Shown: piece after piece, positions 9,371 to 19,728 of the stretch
Layout of the letters: each line of letters opens with the position of its first letter
Position numbering within the stretch: position 1 is the first letter of the stretch
NCBI GenBank assembly: GCA_965224245.1
Contig: OZ245046.1
Span: 4,352,001-4,416,000 of the forward strand
Length of the DNA: 64,000 nucleotides
Source of the DNA: Candidatus Eiseniibacteriota bacterium
GTDB lineage: Bacteria > Eisenbacteria > RBG-16-71-46 > CAZAMP01
Direction: 5' to 3'
Notes under the pieces: generated by a model
Seen by the model: the letters and a program-made list of their open reading frames with translations, nothing else
Told to the model about the DNA's origin: nothing
Database searches by the model: none
Position numbers and translations under genes: made by a program

Positions 9371-10734
9371 GCGCGTCCGAGGGACGCATCCTGATCGTGG
9401 ACGACGAGTTCTCGGTCCGGGATTCCCTGACGAACTGGTTCGGAAAAGACGGCTACGACGTGACCGCGGCGGAGAACGCGGCGGAGGCGCTCCGATCCCT
9501 GGAGGGCGGCTCGTACGACGTCGTGCTCCTCGACATCAAGATGCCGGGGATGGACGGCATGGCGCTCCTGGAGCGTGTCCGCGAGATCGACCCGAGCATG
9601 GCGGTGATCATGATGACCGCATTCGCATCGGTGGAGACCGCGGTACGCGCGCTGAAGGAAGGTGCGTTCGACTACGTCACCAAGCCCATCGATCCGGACG
9701 AGCTCTCCCATCTCGTGCGCCGCGCGATCGATCAGCGCCGCCTGCGCGACGAGAACCTCCGGCTCCGCGAGACCCTGGACGAGGTCACCGGCGTCCCGCC
9801 CATCATCGGCGACAGCCCGGCCATCCGCGAGGTGATGCGCCTCGTGGACCAGGTGGCCGGGACCGACGCCACGGTCCTCGTCCTCGGCGAGAGCGGCACC
9901 GGCAAGGAGCTCATCGCGCGGGCGATTCACGCCGCGAGCCCCCGCCGCTACTTCCCCCTGGTCCCGGTGAACTGCGGCGCGCTCCCGGCGGAGCTCCTGG
10001 AGAGCGAGCTCTTCGGCCACGAGAAAGGCGCGTTCACCGGGGCCCAGCAACGTCGCAAGGGACGCATCGAGATGGCCGGCGGGGGCACGCTGTTCCTGGA
10101 CGAGGTGGGGGCCATTCCACCCCGGATGCAGGTCGATCTCCTTCGGGTGCTCGAGACCCACGAGTTCACCCGTCTCGGCAGCTCACAGCCGATCCACGCC
10201 GACTTCCGCGTGATCTGTGCGACCAACGAGGACCTGGAGAAGGCGGTCGCGGACGGTCGGTTCCGCGAGGACTTCTTCTACCGCATCAACGTGTTCACGA
10301 TCCTGGCGCCGCCGCTCAGGAGCCGTCGCTCGGACATCCGCCTCCTCGCCGAGCACTTCCTCGACGAGCTCGGCCGCAAGATGAACAAGCGCTTCACCGG
10401 CTTCGCGCCAGACGCCATGGAGCTTCTGACCAGCTACCACTGGCCGGGCAACGTGCGCGAGCTGTACAACGCGATCGAGCGGGCGATGGTCGTGGGCCGG
10501 CCGCCGACGATCCGGTCGGACGACATGCCGGTGTGGCGCTCGCGCGCCGGGGTCGAGACACACAGCGCCCGCCTCGCCGACATCGAGCGGCGGCACATCG
10601 GCAAGGTGCTCGACGAGACCGGATGGAACATCACCCGGGCGGCCGAGCTGCTCGACATCGACCGGGCCACCGTCTACAGCAAGATCAAGAAGTATGATCT
10701 GGAGCCGCCTCAGGCGCGCACGAACGGCACATGA
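9367..10734 (+). CDS. Sigma54-dependent response regulator (NtrC/AtoC family)
   Basis: Receiver (ILIVDDE, LLDIKMPG, KP), GESGTGKE, ESELFGHEKGAFTGA, LFLDE, WPGNVREL, Fis-type HTH; ATGA overlap with the kinase stop. Confidence 0.96.
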   Translation: MSASEGRILIVDDEFSVRDSLTNWFGKDGYDVTAAENAAEALRSLEGGSYDVVLLDIKMPGMDGMALLERVREIDPSMAVIMMTAFASVETAVRALKEGAFDYVTKPIDPDELSHLVRRAIDQRRLRDENLRLRETLDEVTGVPPIIGDSPAIREVMRLVDQVAGTDATVLVLGESGTGKELIARAIHAASPRRYFPLVPVNCGALPAELLESELFGHEKGAFTGAQQRRKGRIEMAGGGTLFLDEVGAIPPRMQVDLLRVLETHEFTRLGSSQPIHADFRVICATNEDLEKAVADGRFREDFFYRINVFTILAPPLRSRRSDIRLLAEHFLDELGRKMNKRFTGFAPDAMELLTSYHWPGNVRELYNAIERAMVVGRPPTIRSDDMPVWRSRAGVETHSARLADIERRHIGKVLDETGWNITRAAELLDIDRATVYSKIKKYDLEPPQARTNGT

Positions 10735-10804
10735 TCGCGCATCCGCCGACCGCGGCGACCGCGCCGCGCCCGCGTCGCGCACGCGTGAACGCCCCCGGGG
10801 AGAC

Positions 10805-11347
10805 GTGCAGCCCTCCGCTCCTCTGCGGCTGGTGCCGTTCTACCTCGGCTCCCACGCAGGGCTCGTCTCCCGGCTCTCGGACGGCCTGACACACGCGTTC
10901 GGGCTTCGCGTGGAGCAGCACCCACCGGCGTTCGATCCCGAGATCGCCTACGACGCGTCGCGGGGGCAGTACAACTCGCGGGCCCTCCTCGCCCAGCTTC
11001 TCGCCGAGGCGCCGGACGAGGAGGGGCACATCCTCGGCGTCACGGGACTGGATCTCTTCATCCCCGTGCTCACGTTCGTGTTCGGGGAGGCGCAGCTCGG
11101 GGGCCGGGTTGCCGTCGTGTCGACCTATCGGCTCGACGACGTCGTCTACGGGCTGCCGGCGGCGCCGGAGCTACTTCTCGATCGCCTGGTGAAAGAGGCC
11201 GTTCACGAGCTGGGACACACGTTCGGGCTCGTGCACTGTCACGATCCCACGTGCGTGATGACCAGCTCGACTCAGGTGGACGGGATCGATCTCAAGACGA
11301 ACCGGTTCTGCTCCGCCTGCCAGGACCGCGTGCTGGCGCGCCCGTGA
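10805..11347 (+). CDS. Archaemetzincin (M54) zinc metalloprotease
   Basis: AYDASRGQYNS, DLFIPVLTFVFGEAQLGG, KEAVHELGHTFGLVHCHDPTCVM, FCSAC. Confidence 0.92.
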   Translation: MQPSAPLRLVPFYLGSHAGLVSRLSDGLTHAFGLRVEQHPPAFDPEIAYDASRGQYNSRALLAQLLAEAPDEEGHILGVTGLDLFIPVLTFVFGEAQLGGRVAVVSTYRLDDVVYGLPAAPELLLDRLVKEAVHELGHTFGLVHCHDPTCVMTSSTQVDGIDLKTNRFCSACQDRVLARP

Positions 11348-11489
11348 TCCGTCGATCTCGACCCGGCTGGCGCGTGCGACCACGGGCATCGATCTCGAGA
11401 GGGTTCGGTCCTGCGCGGCCTGCCCGGGGCCGCGTGACCGTGCGACCGGCATCCCCGCTCGGCGGCGACTCCTCCGGACGGGCCCGGAA

Positions 11490-12365
11490 TCAGCCCTGGG
11501 CTCCCCGGTCGCCGCTGCCGCGTCGCTTGCGCCAGTCCCCCCGAGGCTCGCCCTGCCAGGCGAGCATCGCCTGGAGGCTGGTCGCGAAGCCGTCGATGCC
11601 CGGGAACAAGCTCAGGCGGTTCACGTTCAGGCGGTTCAGCCACGCGAGCAGGTACCACTGATTGTCGAGGGTGATGGGGATCTCGATCTTGATCACACGC
11701 GTCCGCAGCACGGTGGGCGTGCCGAGCGACCGGAGGTTGCTCATGAACGACTTGCCCGGATTCATGGGGACCAGGAACACGCCTTGCTGCACGGCCAGCC
11801 GCTCGTTGACGTAGTACGGCACCAGCGGAACCACGAGGGTCGGCTCCTCCTCCAGGAGCACCGTGACCGCCGCGGGACTCTTGAGCTTCGGATCGATCCG
11901 GAGGGCCTCCCGCACGGCCGGCACCTTGCTGCGCCGGAGCCGATCGAACATCCACTGCTGGTCGATGGCCCAGACCGCGCACGTGTCACCGGGGTTGGCC
12001 TGCTCGATCGCGAAGAAGAGCGCGATGTGAAACGAGTACGTCCAGTCGAGCAGTCGCGTGGGCGCGCCGTGATGCTGCATGAGCGCGTACCACTCCATGA
12101 AGTCGTCCGCACGCGGGACGCGTCCCGTGAACCGATGGAGGTGTCTGACGAAGTGGCGGAAGACGCGCCACTCGAGATACGCCTGATGTGAGAGCGGCCT
12201 GCCGAAGCGGTCGGTCGCGATCCGCTCCAGGCTCGGCTTGAGATCCCAGCTCGAACTCCCCTGGCCGCGAAACACCCACTGGATGCTCGGATCGGAGAAG
12301 CGCGCCTCGATCAGATCCTGAACCGACTGCCACGAGTCGCAGCTCTCGACGTGATACCAGGTCAT
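11490..12365 (-). CDS. FRG domain protein
   Basis: WVFRGQ..W.LKPSLER, ALMQHHGAPTRLLDWT..IALFFA, NERLAVQQGVF, LFPGIDG; AGGAGG RBS. Confidence 0.9.
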   Translation of the reverse strand: MTWYHVESCDSWQSVQDLIEARFSDPSIQWVFRGQGSSSWDLKPSLERIATDRFGRPLSHQAYLEWRVFRHFVRHLHRFTGRVPRADDFMEWYALMQHHGAPTRLLDWTYSFHIALFFAIEQANPGDTCAVWAIDQQWMFDRLRRSKVPAVREALRIDPKLKSPAAVTVLLEEEPTLVVPLVPYYVNERLAVQQGVFLVPMNPGKSFMSNLRSLGTPTVLRTRVIKIEIPITLDNQWYLLAWLNRLNVNRLSLFPGIDGFATSLQAMLAWQGEPRGDWRKRRGSGDRGAQG

Positions 12366-12634
12366 CCGCACACCTCCTGTGCCGGTCGAACCCGGACCAT
12401 ACACCGGGCAGGGCGACCGTTCGACGGTCGTGAGACGCCCCCGGCCGGGGGGGGGCACCCGGCCGGGGCCGATGCCGACCGGACCGCATGCCGTGCCCCA
12501 CAGATCGCTTCGTTCAGCGGGGACGTCCGTCCGTGTGATTCCGGTACCCCCCACGCGCCCAATCCGAGCGACCACCCGGGCGTGCCGGCGGAGGCCGCCC
12601 GCACTGACGGCATCCACGTTACAGGAGGCACGAC

Positions 12635-15100
12635 ATGCTCCGCTGGAACGCCGGCGCGCGCCGCGGGCGCGCGTTCACGGCGGCGCTCGCGTGCGCGCTC
12701 GTCTGGCTCGGGATCGCAGCCGCCGGCTCGTCCGCCGCCACGTACTTCGTCGACGCCGCACGGCCCGACGACGCGGGTAGCGGAACGAGCTGGGACGACG
12801 CCAAGAGGACGATCGACGCCGCCATCGCCGCCTCGGCCGCCGGAGACGCCATCCTCGTCAAGTACGGCGCCTACGCGATCGACGACGACATCGTGCTCGT
12901 CTCGCATCGTCGCATCACGTCCGACGACGGCACGCACCTCGACTGGAGCTCGGCCGATCCCGATTCGAGTCTCTGCGTCGTCGACGCCGGCCAGGGCTCT
13001 CGTGTGCTCACCATCCACGGCGCCGCGATGACCGGACCGACTCACGTTCGAGGCCTCGAGCTGACCGGCGGCGACGGCACGTACAGCTCCGCCGACCCGT
13101 CCGCCGCCTATGGAGGCGGCGTCTACGTCGATGGGGGCGCCGACGTCACGCTCGAGCGCTGCTGGATCTCGGGCAACGTCGGCGGTACCAGCTACAACGG
13201 ATTCGGCGGTGGGGTCGCGTGTCTGGGGACAGGGACCGACGTCTCGATCGAGGACTGCCGGATCTCGGGAAACACCGCGGCCACACCCCATCACGGGTAC
13301 GGCGGCGGCATCTACTGCGACGGCGTCACCGCCACGATCGTCGGGAACGTGATCGAGGGCAACCTCGGATCCGTCCACCGGACCGGGGTCGGCGGCGGCA
13401 TCTACGCCGCGAACAGCGACGTCGTCGTCCAGTCGAACACGATCACGGACAACGTCGCGGCCGGACCCAGCTCGGGCGCGGGCGGCAACGGCGGCGGCGT
13501 CTATCTCTTCTCGGGCACCGCCGACGTCGGGCTGAACACGATCACCGGCAACAGCGCCGCCGAGGCGACGTCGAGAAGCGGTGCCGGCGGCGGGATCTAC
13601 TGCAGCACCGCCGAGACGTACATCTGGGAGAACGTGGTCGGCGAGAACGTCGCCTCTCGGGGGGGACGGGGCAACGGTGGCGGGATCTACTGCCGGGGAT
13701 CCGATTCGGTCGTACGCGACAACGAGGTGTACGACAACGTGGCCAGCACGTCCACCACAGGAGGCTACTACGCGTACGGCGCCGGGGGCGGCATCGTCGC
13801 CGGCGAGGGCAGCGGCATTCACGTGCTCCGCAACCGTGTGTACGGGAACGTCGCCTCTCGCTACGGAACGGGCAACGGAGGCGGGATCTGGATCAACAAC
13901 ATCGCGCAGATCGTGGAGCGGAATCTCATCTACGACAACGTCGCGTCGGAGGGGGCGCCCGGCGCCGGTGGCGGCGTCTTCATCAACGGCACGACGCGCG
14001 CCGAGGTCGTCAACAACACCCTGTACCACAACGCGAGCCAGACCGGCGGCGACGGGGGAACCGGCAGCGGGATCTATCACACCTCGGGCGGCACCCCGAC
14101 GATCCGCAACAACGCCATCGCCGCTCACGACGTGCCCGGCAGCGACATGGTGGGGATCTACGAGACCTCCGCCCTGACCGTCGAGTACAACTGCTATCAC
14201 GACAATCCGGGCGGGCACTACAACGAGCACGTGGTCTCGCTGAACGAGGGCATCGGCGAGCCCCGCTTCACCGACGCCGCGGTCCGCGACTTCGAGCTGC
14301 TGTACGACTCACCCCTGATCGAGGCCGGGCATCCCGACACGGAGGTGCCCGAGAACGGCGGCTGGCGCGTCGACGTGGGCGCGATCGAGTACACGGGGAT
14401 CCGCCACGCCCGCGCCGTCCCGGGCCCCGGTGAGTACCTGTTCGGCGGACAGGTCCGCGCAAAGGTGACCGTCACCACGTTGGGCACGCTGTCCGAGATC
14501 GACATGACCGTACATCCCGGCGAACGGCATCCCGATGCGGTGAGCGTCGTCGATCGCTGGTTCGACATCCAGGCGGACGAAGGAGGTGGAACCACGTTCG
14601 AGCTCACGCTCAGCTATCTCGACGAGGAGCTGAACGGGCACCGGGAGAGCGACCTCACCCTCTGGCGGCGGGACGGATCGTCGTGGGAGGGACCCAAGGT
14701 CCCCACGGACGCCGATGCCGACGACGACTGGCTGACCGTCAGCGGGGAGACCGCGTTCAGCGACTGGGTGATCAGCGGCTTCGACGTGATGCTCGACGTC
14801 CCTGGCGAGACCGTGCTCGGGCCCGCCGTCGCCCTCGGAGCCCCGGCGCCGAACCCGTTCCGCGTCGTGAGCAGGCTGCGGTTCGACCTGGCCGACCGGG
14901 GCCGGACCACGCTGGCGGTCTATCGAACCGACGGGCGGCGGGTTCGCACGCTGATCGACGCGGTGCTCCCGGTCGGCGTGCACGAGATCACCTGGGATGG
15001 TCGCGACGACGCGGGGCACGCGGTCGCGTCCGGTACCTATTTCTGCCGGCTGTCGACGGCACGGGGTCGAGTCGACCGTCGACTGACCCTCGTGCGATGA
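12635..15100 (+). CDS. Secreted right-handed beta-helix protein with C-terminal FlgD-Ig/T9SS-CTD-like domain
   Basis: Signal peptide, YFVDA..GSGTSWDDA, about 11 GGG(I/V)x repeats with Asn ladders, SPLIEAG..DVGAIEY, PNPF..GRRVRTL..WDGRDDAGHAVASGTYF. Confidence 0.85.
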   Translation: MLRWNAGARRGRAFTAALACALVWLGIAAAGSSAATYFVDAARPDDAGSGTSWDDAKRTIDAAIAASAAGDAILVKYGAYAIDDDIVLVSHRRITSDDGTHLDWSSADPDSSLCVVDAGQGSRVLTIHGAAMTGPTHVRGLELTGGDGTYSSADPSAAYGGGVYVDGGADVTLERCWISGNVGGTSYNGFGGGVACLGTGTDVSIEDCRISGNTAATPHHGYGGGIYCDGVTATIVGNVIEGNLGSVHRTGVGGGIYAANSDVVVQSNTITDNVAAGPSSGAGGNGGGVYLFSGTADVGLNTITGNSAAEATSRSGAGGGIYCSTAETYIWENVVGENVASRGGRGNGGGIYCRGSDSVVRDNEVYDNVASTSTTGGYYAYGAGGGIVAGEGSGIHVLRNRVYGNVASRYGTGNGGGIWINNIAQIVERNLIYDNVASEGAPGAGGGVFINGTTRAEVVNNTLYHNASQTGGDGGTGSGIYHTSGGTPTIRNNAIAAHDVPGSDMVGIYETSALTVEYNCYHDNPGGHYNEHVVSLNEGIGEPRFTDAAVRDFELLYDSPLIEAGHPDTEVPENGGWRVDVGAIEYTGIRHARAVPGPGEYLFGGQVRAKVTVTTLGTLSEIDMTVHPGERHPDAVSVVDRWFDIQADEGGGTTFELTLSYLDEELNGHRESDLTLWRRDGSSWEGPKVPTDADADDDWLTVSGETAFSDWVISGFDVMLDVPGETVLGPAVALGAPAPNPFRVVSRLRFDLADRGRTTLAVYRTDGRRVRTLIDAVLPVGVHEITWDGRDDAGHAVASGTYFCRLSTARGRVDRRLTLVR

Positions 15101-15239
15101 GCTGACGAGGGCCGAGGGTGCCCCCGCGGAGAGCACGCGAGCGCACGATCTCCCTGGTCGCGCGCTCGCTTTCGTCTAGCGCCGTCGGGGCACGCCGTGC
15201 GTGACGAACGTGTCGGGCCGGGATGCGGCGGTGAGACGC

Positions 15240-15950
15240 TCACGGCATCCGGAACGTGCCGACCCGTGAACGCGCGATCTCGTCTCGGTTTCGGTAGGCG
15301 ACCACACACCACGCTACCGCGGCGCCGGATGGCGGCGGATCGGGGACGCGCGTGGGCTGGAAGACCAGGAGCGTGTCGGGGCCACCGTCCACGATCGCGT
15401 GAACCGTGCCGTCGTCGTCGAGAAGGTGCAGCTCGTAGCGGTTCGCTCCGTCGACCGGACGCCAGGTCAGACGCACCCGTCCGCCCGCCATCCTCTCGGG
15501 CTCCTCGGCGATCGAGACCACGTCCGTGCCGGCCCGGTCACCGCGGAGGCGGAGCTCGGGCTCCCGGTCGTCACGAGCGAGCAACGTCATGGCCGACACC
15601 ACGACGACGAACGCGGCGCCGGCACCGAACGCGGGCCTCCAGCGCGGGCCGAGGAACGCGTCGAAGAGGCGGTCCAGTCGGCTCGGGCGGGTCGACCGGG
15701 CGGCGGCCGCCGACCGCCGGGTCGCGCTCGCTCCGGTGAGGATCTCCCGTTCGAGCACGTCCGAGAGGCGCGCCGCGGCGTCGGTCGGGTCCGCACCCGC
15801 GGGGACATCGGCGGGATCGAGAAACGACCGATACGACGCCAGCCGCGCCCGGCAACGCGGGCAGTCATGCAGGTGGTCGAGCGCGCGGTCACCCGGAGCG
15901 AGCCCGGCGATCGTCTCCAGCTCGTCGATTCGGTAGCAGGCGTCGCTCAT
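15240..15950 (-). CDS. Putative zinc-binding (ZAS/zf-HC2) anti-sigma factor, single TM
   Basis: HLHDCPRC motif, TM FGAGAAFVVVVSAMTLLA, extracytoplasmic beta domain; 4-nt overlap with the ECF sigma gene. Confidence 0.78.
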   Translation of the reverse strand: MSDACYRIDELETIAGLAPGDRALDHLHDCPRCRARLASYRSFLDPADVPAGADPTDAAARLSDVLEREILTGASATRRSAAAARSTRPSRLDRLFDAFLGPRWRPAFGAGAAFVVVVSAMTLLARDDREPELRLRGDRAGTDVVSIAEEPERMAGGRVRLTWRPVDGANRYELHLLDDDGTVHAIVDGGPDTLLVFQPTRVPDPPPSGAAVAWCVVAYRNRDEIARSRVGTFRMP

Positions 15951-16576
15951 GGTGATGATCCCCAGCGGTGCGCGTCGTCGTCTCGTGCTCTCGCTGCGAG
16001 TGCGCTGCGAAGCTTTCGCCGCGCGCTCTGCAGCACCCCACGGGCCCCCGACGCGGACCCGATCTTCAGGATCACGGTGATGTCGTCCACGGCGACCCGC
16101 TCGAAGCAGCGGAGCCAGATCGCCTCCTGCTCGACGGGCTCGAGCGTCCGCCGGATCAGCGCGAGCGACGCCTCCTCGTCGAGACGCTCTTCGAGCTCAC
16201 GATCGGGACCGATGCCGTCGTCCATCACGGCATCGGGATCGGCGTGCTCGTCGGTCATGAGCGCCGGTCGACGGAGCTGACTCAAGCAACGATTCCGCGC
16301 GATCGCGAAGAGCCACGACGAGAAGCGCGCCCGCCCCTCGAACGTGCCGAGATCCCGGTATGCCGCCAAGAGCGTCTCCTGGGCCAGATCCAGCGCCCGC
16401 TCGTGGTCGCGGACGTGGCGAACGCACCACAGATACACGCGCCCCTGGTACCTGGCGAACAGGTCGGCGACGTCGCGTCGCACGCCGTCGGCCTCCGGCT
16501 CGGTCTGGAACCGGAGCACGATCTCCTCGTCCGTTCGGTCGGGCGCATTCAATCGGTTCATCGAGCTTGGGCGCAC
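15947..16576 (-). CDS. ECF RNA polymerase sigma factor
   Basis: TDEEIV, LFARYQGRVY, ALDLAQETLL, FEGRARFSSWLFAIARNRC, region 4 LQSARRKLR. Start is GTG 16576 or ATG 16561. Confidence 0.9.
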   Translation of the reverse strand: MRPSSMNRLNAPDRTDEEIVLRFQTEPEADGVRRDVADLFARYQGRVYLWCVRHVRDHERALDLAQETLLAAYRDLGTFEGRARFSSWLFAIARNRCLSQLRRPALMTDEHADPDAVMDDGIGPDRELEERLDEEASLALIRRTLEPVEQEAIWLRCFERVAVDDITVILKIGSASGARGVLQSARRKLRSALAARARDDDAHRWGSSP

Positions 16577-16590
16577 GACCACCTCCGGAA

Positions 16591-19461
16591 TCACACCGAT
16601 CGGGGCGCCGGCCGGGTCGAACGGTCGATCGATCCGGCGCGACGCCGCCACCACACCGCGGTCACCCCGAGACCGATCCCCAGCCCGATCAGGGCGCGGC
16701 CGGGCCAGGAGTGGCGACGCTCGAGGGCGATGGTGGCTCGACCGTCCCCCATGACCGTGAAGCCGGCCCAGTAAAAGGGATGTGTCGTCTCGGGATCCTC
16801 TCTCATCCGACGCTGCGCCGTCCCGAGCGCGCCCGCCACCGAGCGTCCGCGCTCGAGGGCTCGATAGAAGACGTCCATGAAGCGCGCGGTCTGTGCGTCG
16901 TCGACGGGCCAGAGCGTCGAGACCACGCACCGCGTGCCGGCCACGAGGAATGCCGTACCGAGCCCCAGCATGCCCTCTCCGGAGACGATTCGCCCACCCG
17001 CGCTCTCGCATCCGGAGAGCACCGCCAGGCGCGCATCGAGATCCAGCGACACGATCGCCTCGGCCCGCAGCATCGAGTCCGCCTCGGCACTGCCGGCACC
17101 GCCGGGTCCGCTGACGTCGGCCGAGTCGGCCGATCCCGAGCCCCCGGCGCCGAGGGCGATTCCCGATCGCCAGGGCCGCTCGTCGTCCACGGTGATGTGT
17201 CCCGCGAGGTGGACGACGTCGTAGCCGACCAGGTCGGCGCCGCGGAGCGATCCCGCCTCGTCGTCCCTCCACAGATGCACGTGACGATAGCGTCCGGCGA
17301 GCTGCCGGACTTCGCCCCGCGCGCCGGCCAGATCCCCTCCGACCGACGGGCCGGCGGCCGCATAGGCGAGCGTGGACGGCGCCCCGGCTGCCGTCGAAGG
17401 CGCAACGTCGCGAAGAAGCGCGAGCACGGCACAAGACGGCACGCGCAGAACCGTCGCGTCGACGTCGCCGGCCAGCAGCGGGCGCAGCGGAATCCGATGG
17501 AGCGCGCCGTCGGGAACGTAGACGATACCGCTCGCGGCGGCGATGAGATCGGACACGCCCGCGAGCAGCGCGCTGGCCAGCGTGGCCGTGGTACGGGCCA
17601 GGAGCTCGAGGTCGGCGTCGCCCGATGCGCTCGACGGGGGCGCGGCGAGGAGACCCCGGCAGATCCCGACGTTGCGGGCGAGCCTCGTCTCGGTCATTCC
17701 CACGCGAACCACCCGACAGGAGTCCGTCGTCACCGCGAACACCAGTGTCTGATCGGATGCCGCGTGAATGTCGAGTAGTAGCTCTCCGGGCACGAGCACC
17801 CGGGTCTGGATCGCCGAGAGCGTCAACGCGTCCGTCGGCGCCCGTGCTCCCGCATCCTCGCCCAGCATGCGCTCGATCAGCGCGCGCGATCGAAAGCGCT
17901 GCAAGAACGCGAACGCGCGCTCTCGCCGCGCGGCCACCGGCAGCTGGGCGGGATGCTCGAGCAGCAGATCGGCGAGCGCGCCGTGAATCGCCGACCCGAG
18001 CTCCGCGCGCTGCTCCCGCCACATCGGATCGTCGGGCCGACTCCGCATGGCCTCCCAGGAGTCCGCGGCCTGTCGCAGATACACGTATGCGCTGTCGGGG
18101 TACCCGAGCCCTCGATGGGCCGCCGCCGCGATGCGGCGAATGTGGAGGTCGACCTTCACCGGCAGCGGCTCGTCGTCGGCCTCGGCCGCGATCGCCCGCG
18201 CCAACGGAAGCACCTCGGCGTAGCGGCCGGCGTGGAGCAGGAGCTGTGCGAGCTCGCCCTCGATCACGACCCGCTTCTCGCGCCCGAGCCGGGGGACGAT
18301 CTGGGGGAGGTGTTCCTCCATCAGGGTGACGGCGGCGGCCAGCGAGTCGGCGTCGTCGAGCGTGCGCGCGAGCCCCTTCAGGGCATCGGCCTCGAGGGCG
18401 GGCAGGTCGGTCTCCTGAAGCAGGTGAAGGGCGGCCCTGTAGTGCCCGACCGCCTCACCGGATCGGAGCCGGTCCCGCGCGATCTCCCCGAGCGCGATGC
18501 GCGCGGAGGCCTCGTGATCGCGAAACCCGAACTCCCGGGCGATCGCGAGCTGCTCGTTCAACAGGCGCTCGGCGTCCTCGTACCGGCCCAGCTCTCGAAA
18601 CGCCAGCGCCGCGTTGGAGGCCGGCGCGATGGCGGCGCGCAGCCGGTTCTGCGCGCGCAGAACCGCGTACGCCTCGTCCCAGTGGACGGCGGCGCGATCG
18701 GGGCGGCCGGCGTTCGCCTCGAGGAGCCCCAGGTTGGTCAGGCAGTTCCCCTCGAGCGACGCCTGATCGTGCTCGCGCGCGTAGCGAAGCGCGTCCGTCC
18801 AGCTCCGTCGCGCCGCGTCGACGTCTCCCGCGCGGTGCTGGCAGATCCCGAGAAACAGCTTCGCCCCGTTCTCGTCGAGGGCGAGGTCGAGCCGCTGGAA
18901 GAGGGCGATCGCGCGCTCCAGCCGACGGGCCGCGCTCTCGAGCTGCCCGGCGCCGATCTCGCGACGACCGAGGTACAGATCCCCGCGCCCCACGAACTCG
19001 TCGAGGCCGGCGCGCTCGGCCAGCTCGATCACCCGCTCGTACATCGCGATCGCGCGTGGCGGCCGCCCCTGGGCATCGGCGGCCTGGGCCTGGCGGAAGA
19101 GGCTCCGGCACCACAGGAGCGTGTCGGCCACCTGCGCCGAGAGCGAGGCCGCCTCGGCCAGTGCCGACTCCGCCTCGGCCGGGCGGTTCATGAACCGGAG
19201 CACGCGTCCGATCCGGAACGCGGCGCGTGCCTCGTCACCGGCGGCTCCGGCCCGGTGACGCTCGTCTCGCAGGGCGCCGAGGACGACCAGCGCCGAGTCG
19301 AGACGGCCTTCGGCCCGCAGCGAGTCGGCGTGGGAGAACGCGGCATCCACGTCGGCCGCGCCCGCCGGTCCGGTCGTCTCGGCGGTGGCGAAGGGCGCAC
19401 GCCCGTGCGCCCAGAGGATCGCCGTGAGGCACAGCAGTGCCGTCGTCAGAGAGGCCCGCAC
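16591..19461 (-). CDS. TPR + CHAT (caspase HetF-associated) protease with signal peptide and C-terminal TM anchor
   Basis: TPR-like helices, YVPDGALHRIP, catalytic VHLAGH and VLSGCES, GEGMLGLGTAFLVAG, STLWPVDD, HPFYWAGF; ends ALIGLGIGLGVTAVWWRRR. Start set at GTG 19461. Confidence 0.9.
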   Translation of the reverse strand: MRASLTTALLCLTAILWAHGRAPFATAETTGPAGAADVDAAFSHADSLRAEGRLDSALVVLGALRDERHRAGAAGDEARAAFRIGRVLRFMNRPAEAESALAEAASLSAQVADTLLWCRSLFRQAQAADAQGRPPRAIAMYERVIELAERAGLDEFVGRGDLYLGRREIGAGQLESAARRLERAIALFQRLDLALDENGAKLFLGICQHRAGDVDAARRSWTDALRYAREHDQASLEGNCLTNLGLLEANAGRPDRAAVHWDEAYAVLRAQNRLRAAIAPASNAALAFRELGRYEDAERLLNEQLAIAREFGFRDHEASARIALGEIARDRLRSGEAVGHYRAALHLLQETDLPALEADALKGLARTLDDADSLAAAVTLMEEHLPQIVPRLGREKRVVIEGELAQLLLHAGRYAEVLPLARAIAAEADDEPLPVKVDLHIRRIAAAAHRGLGYPDSAYVYLRQAADSWEAMRSRPDDPMWREQRAELGSAIHGALADLLLEHPAQLPVAARRERAFAFLQRFRSRALIERMLGEDAGARAPTDALTLSAIQTRVLVPGELLLDIHAASDQTLVFAVTTDSCRVVRVGMTETRLARNVGICRGLLAAPPSSASGDADLELLARTTATLASALLAGVSDLIAAASGIVYVPDGALHRIPLRPLLAGDVDATVLRVPSCAVLALLRDVAPSTAAGAPSTLAYAAAGPSVGGDLAGARGEVRQLAGRYRHVHLWRDDEAGSLRGADLVGYDVVHLAGHITVDDERPWRSGIALGAGGSGSADSADVSGPGGAGSAEADSMLRAEAIVSLDLDARLAVLSGCESAGGRIVSGEGMLGLGTAFLVAGTRCVVSTLWPVDDAQTARFMDVFYRALERGRSVAGALGTAQRRMREDPETTHPFYWAGFTVMGDGRATIALERRHSWPGRALIGLGIGLGVTAVWWRRRAGSIDRSTRPAPRSV

Positions 19462-19728
19462 GCTGCTCTCCCCCGACTCCACGCGCTCACGCGCGTGCTC
19501 CAAGGCTCGATCGCCACCGGGCGAGCCATTCGTGTGCTCGCCGAACGAGCGCGTGCGGCGAATCGCGAGACCGCGAATCGCTGGTCGCATTGTACTCCCG
19601 CCGGGCGGTGTCCGGAATCAGCCGTCGAACGAAAAGGCAGCGTGATCGGGACCAGTGGGAGAGTCCGAGCGGAGGGATGGAGGCGACCCCCTCACGGGAG
19701 CGGGTCGCCTCTCGACGTGATCAGCGCA

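Noticed and set aside
12437-12470. GC-rich inverted repeat with a G9 run upstream of the FRG gene
   Set aside because: No U-tract and no second copy noticed; not enough to call a terminator, REP element or phase-variable tract.
15240-19461. Type III-E CRISPR (Craspase) locus
   Set aside because: No cas genes or repeat-spacer array are present, and the CHAT protein appears exported.
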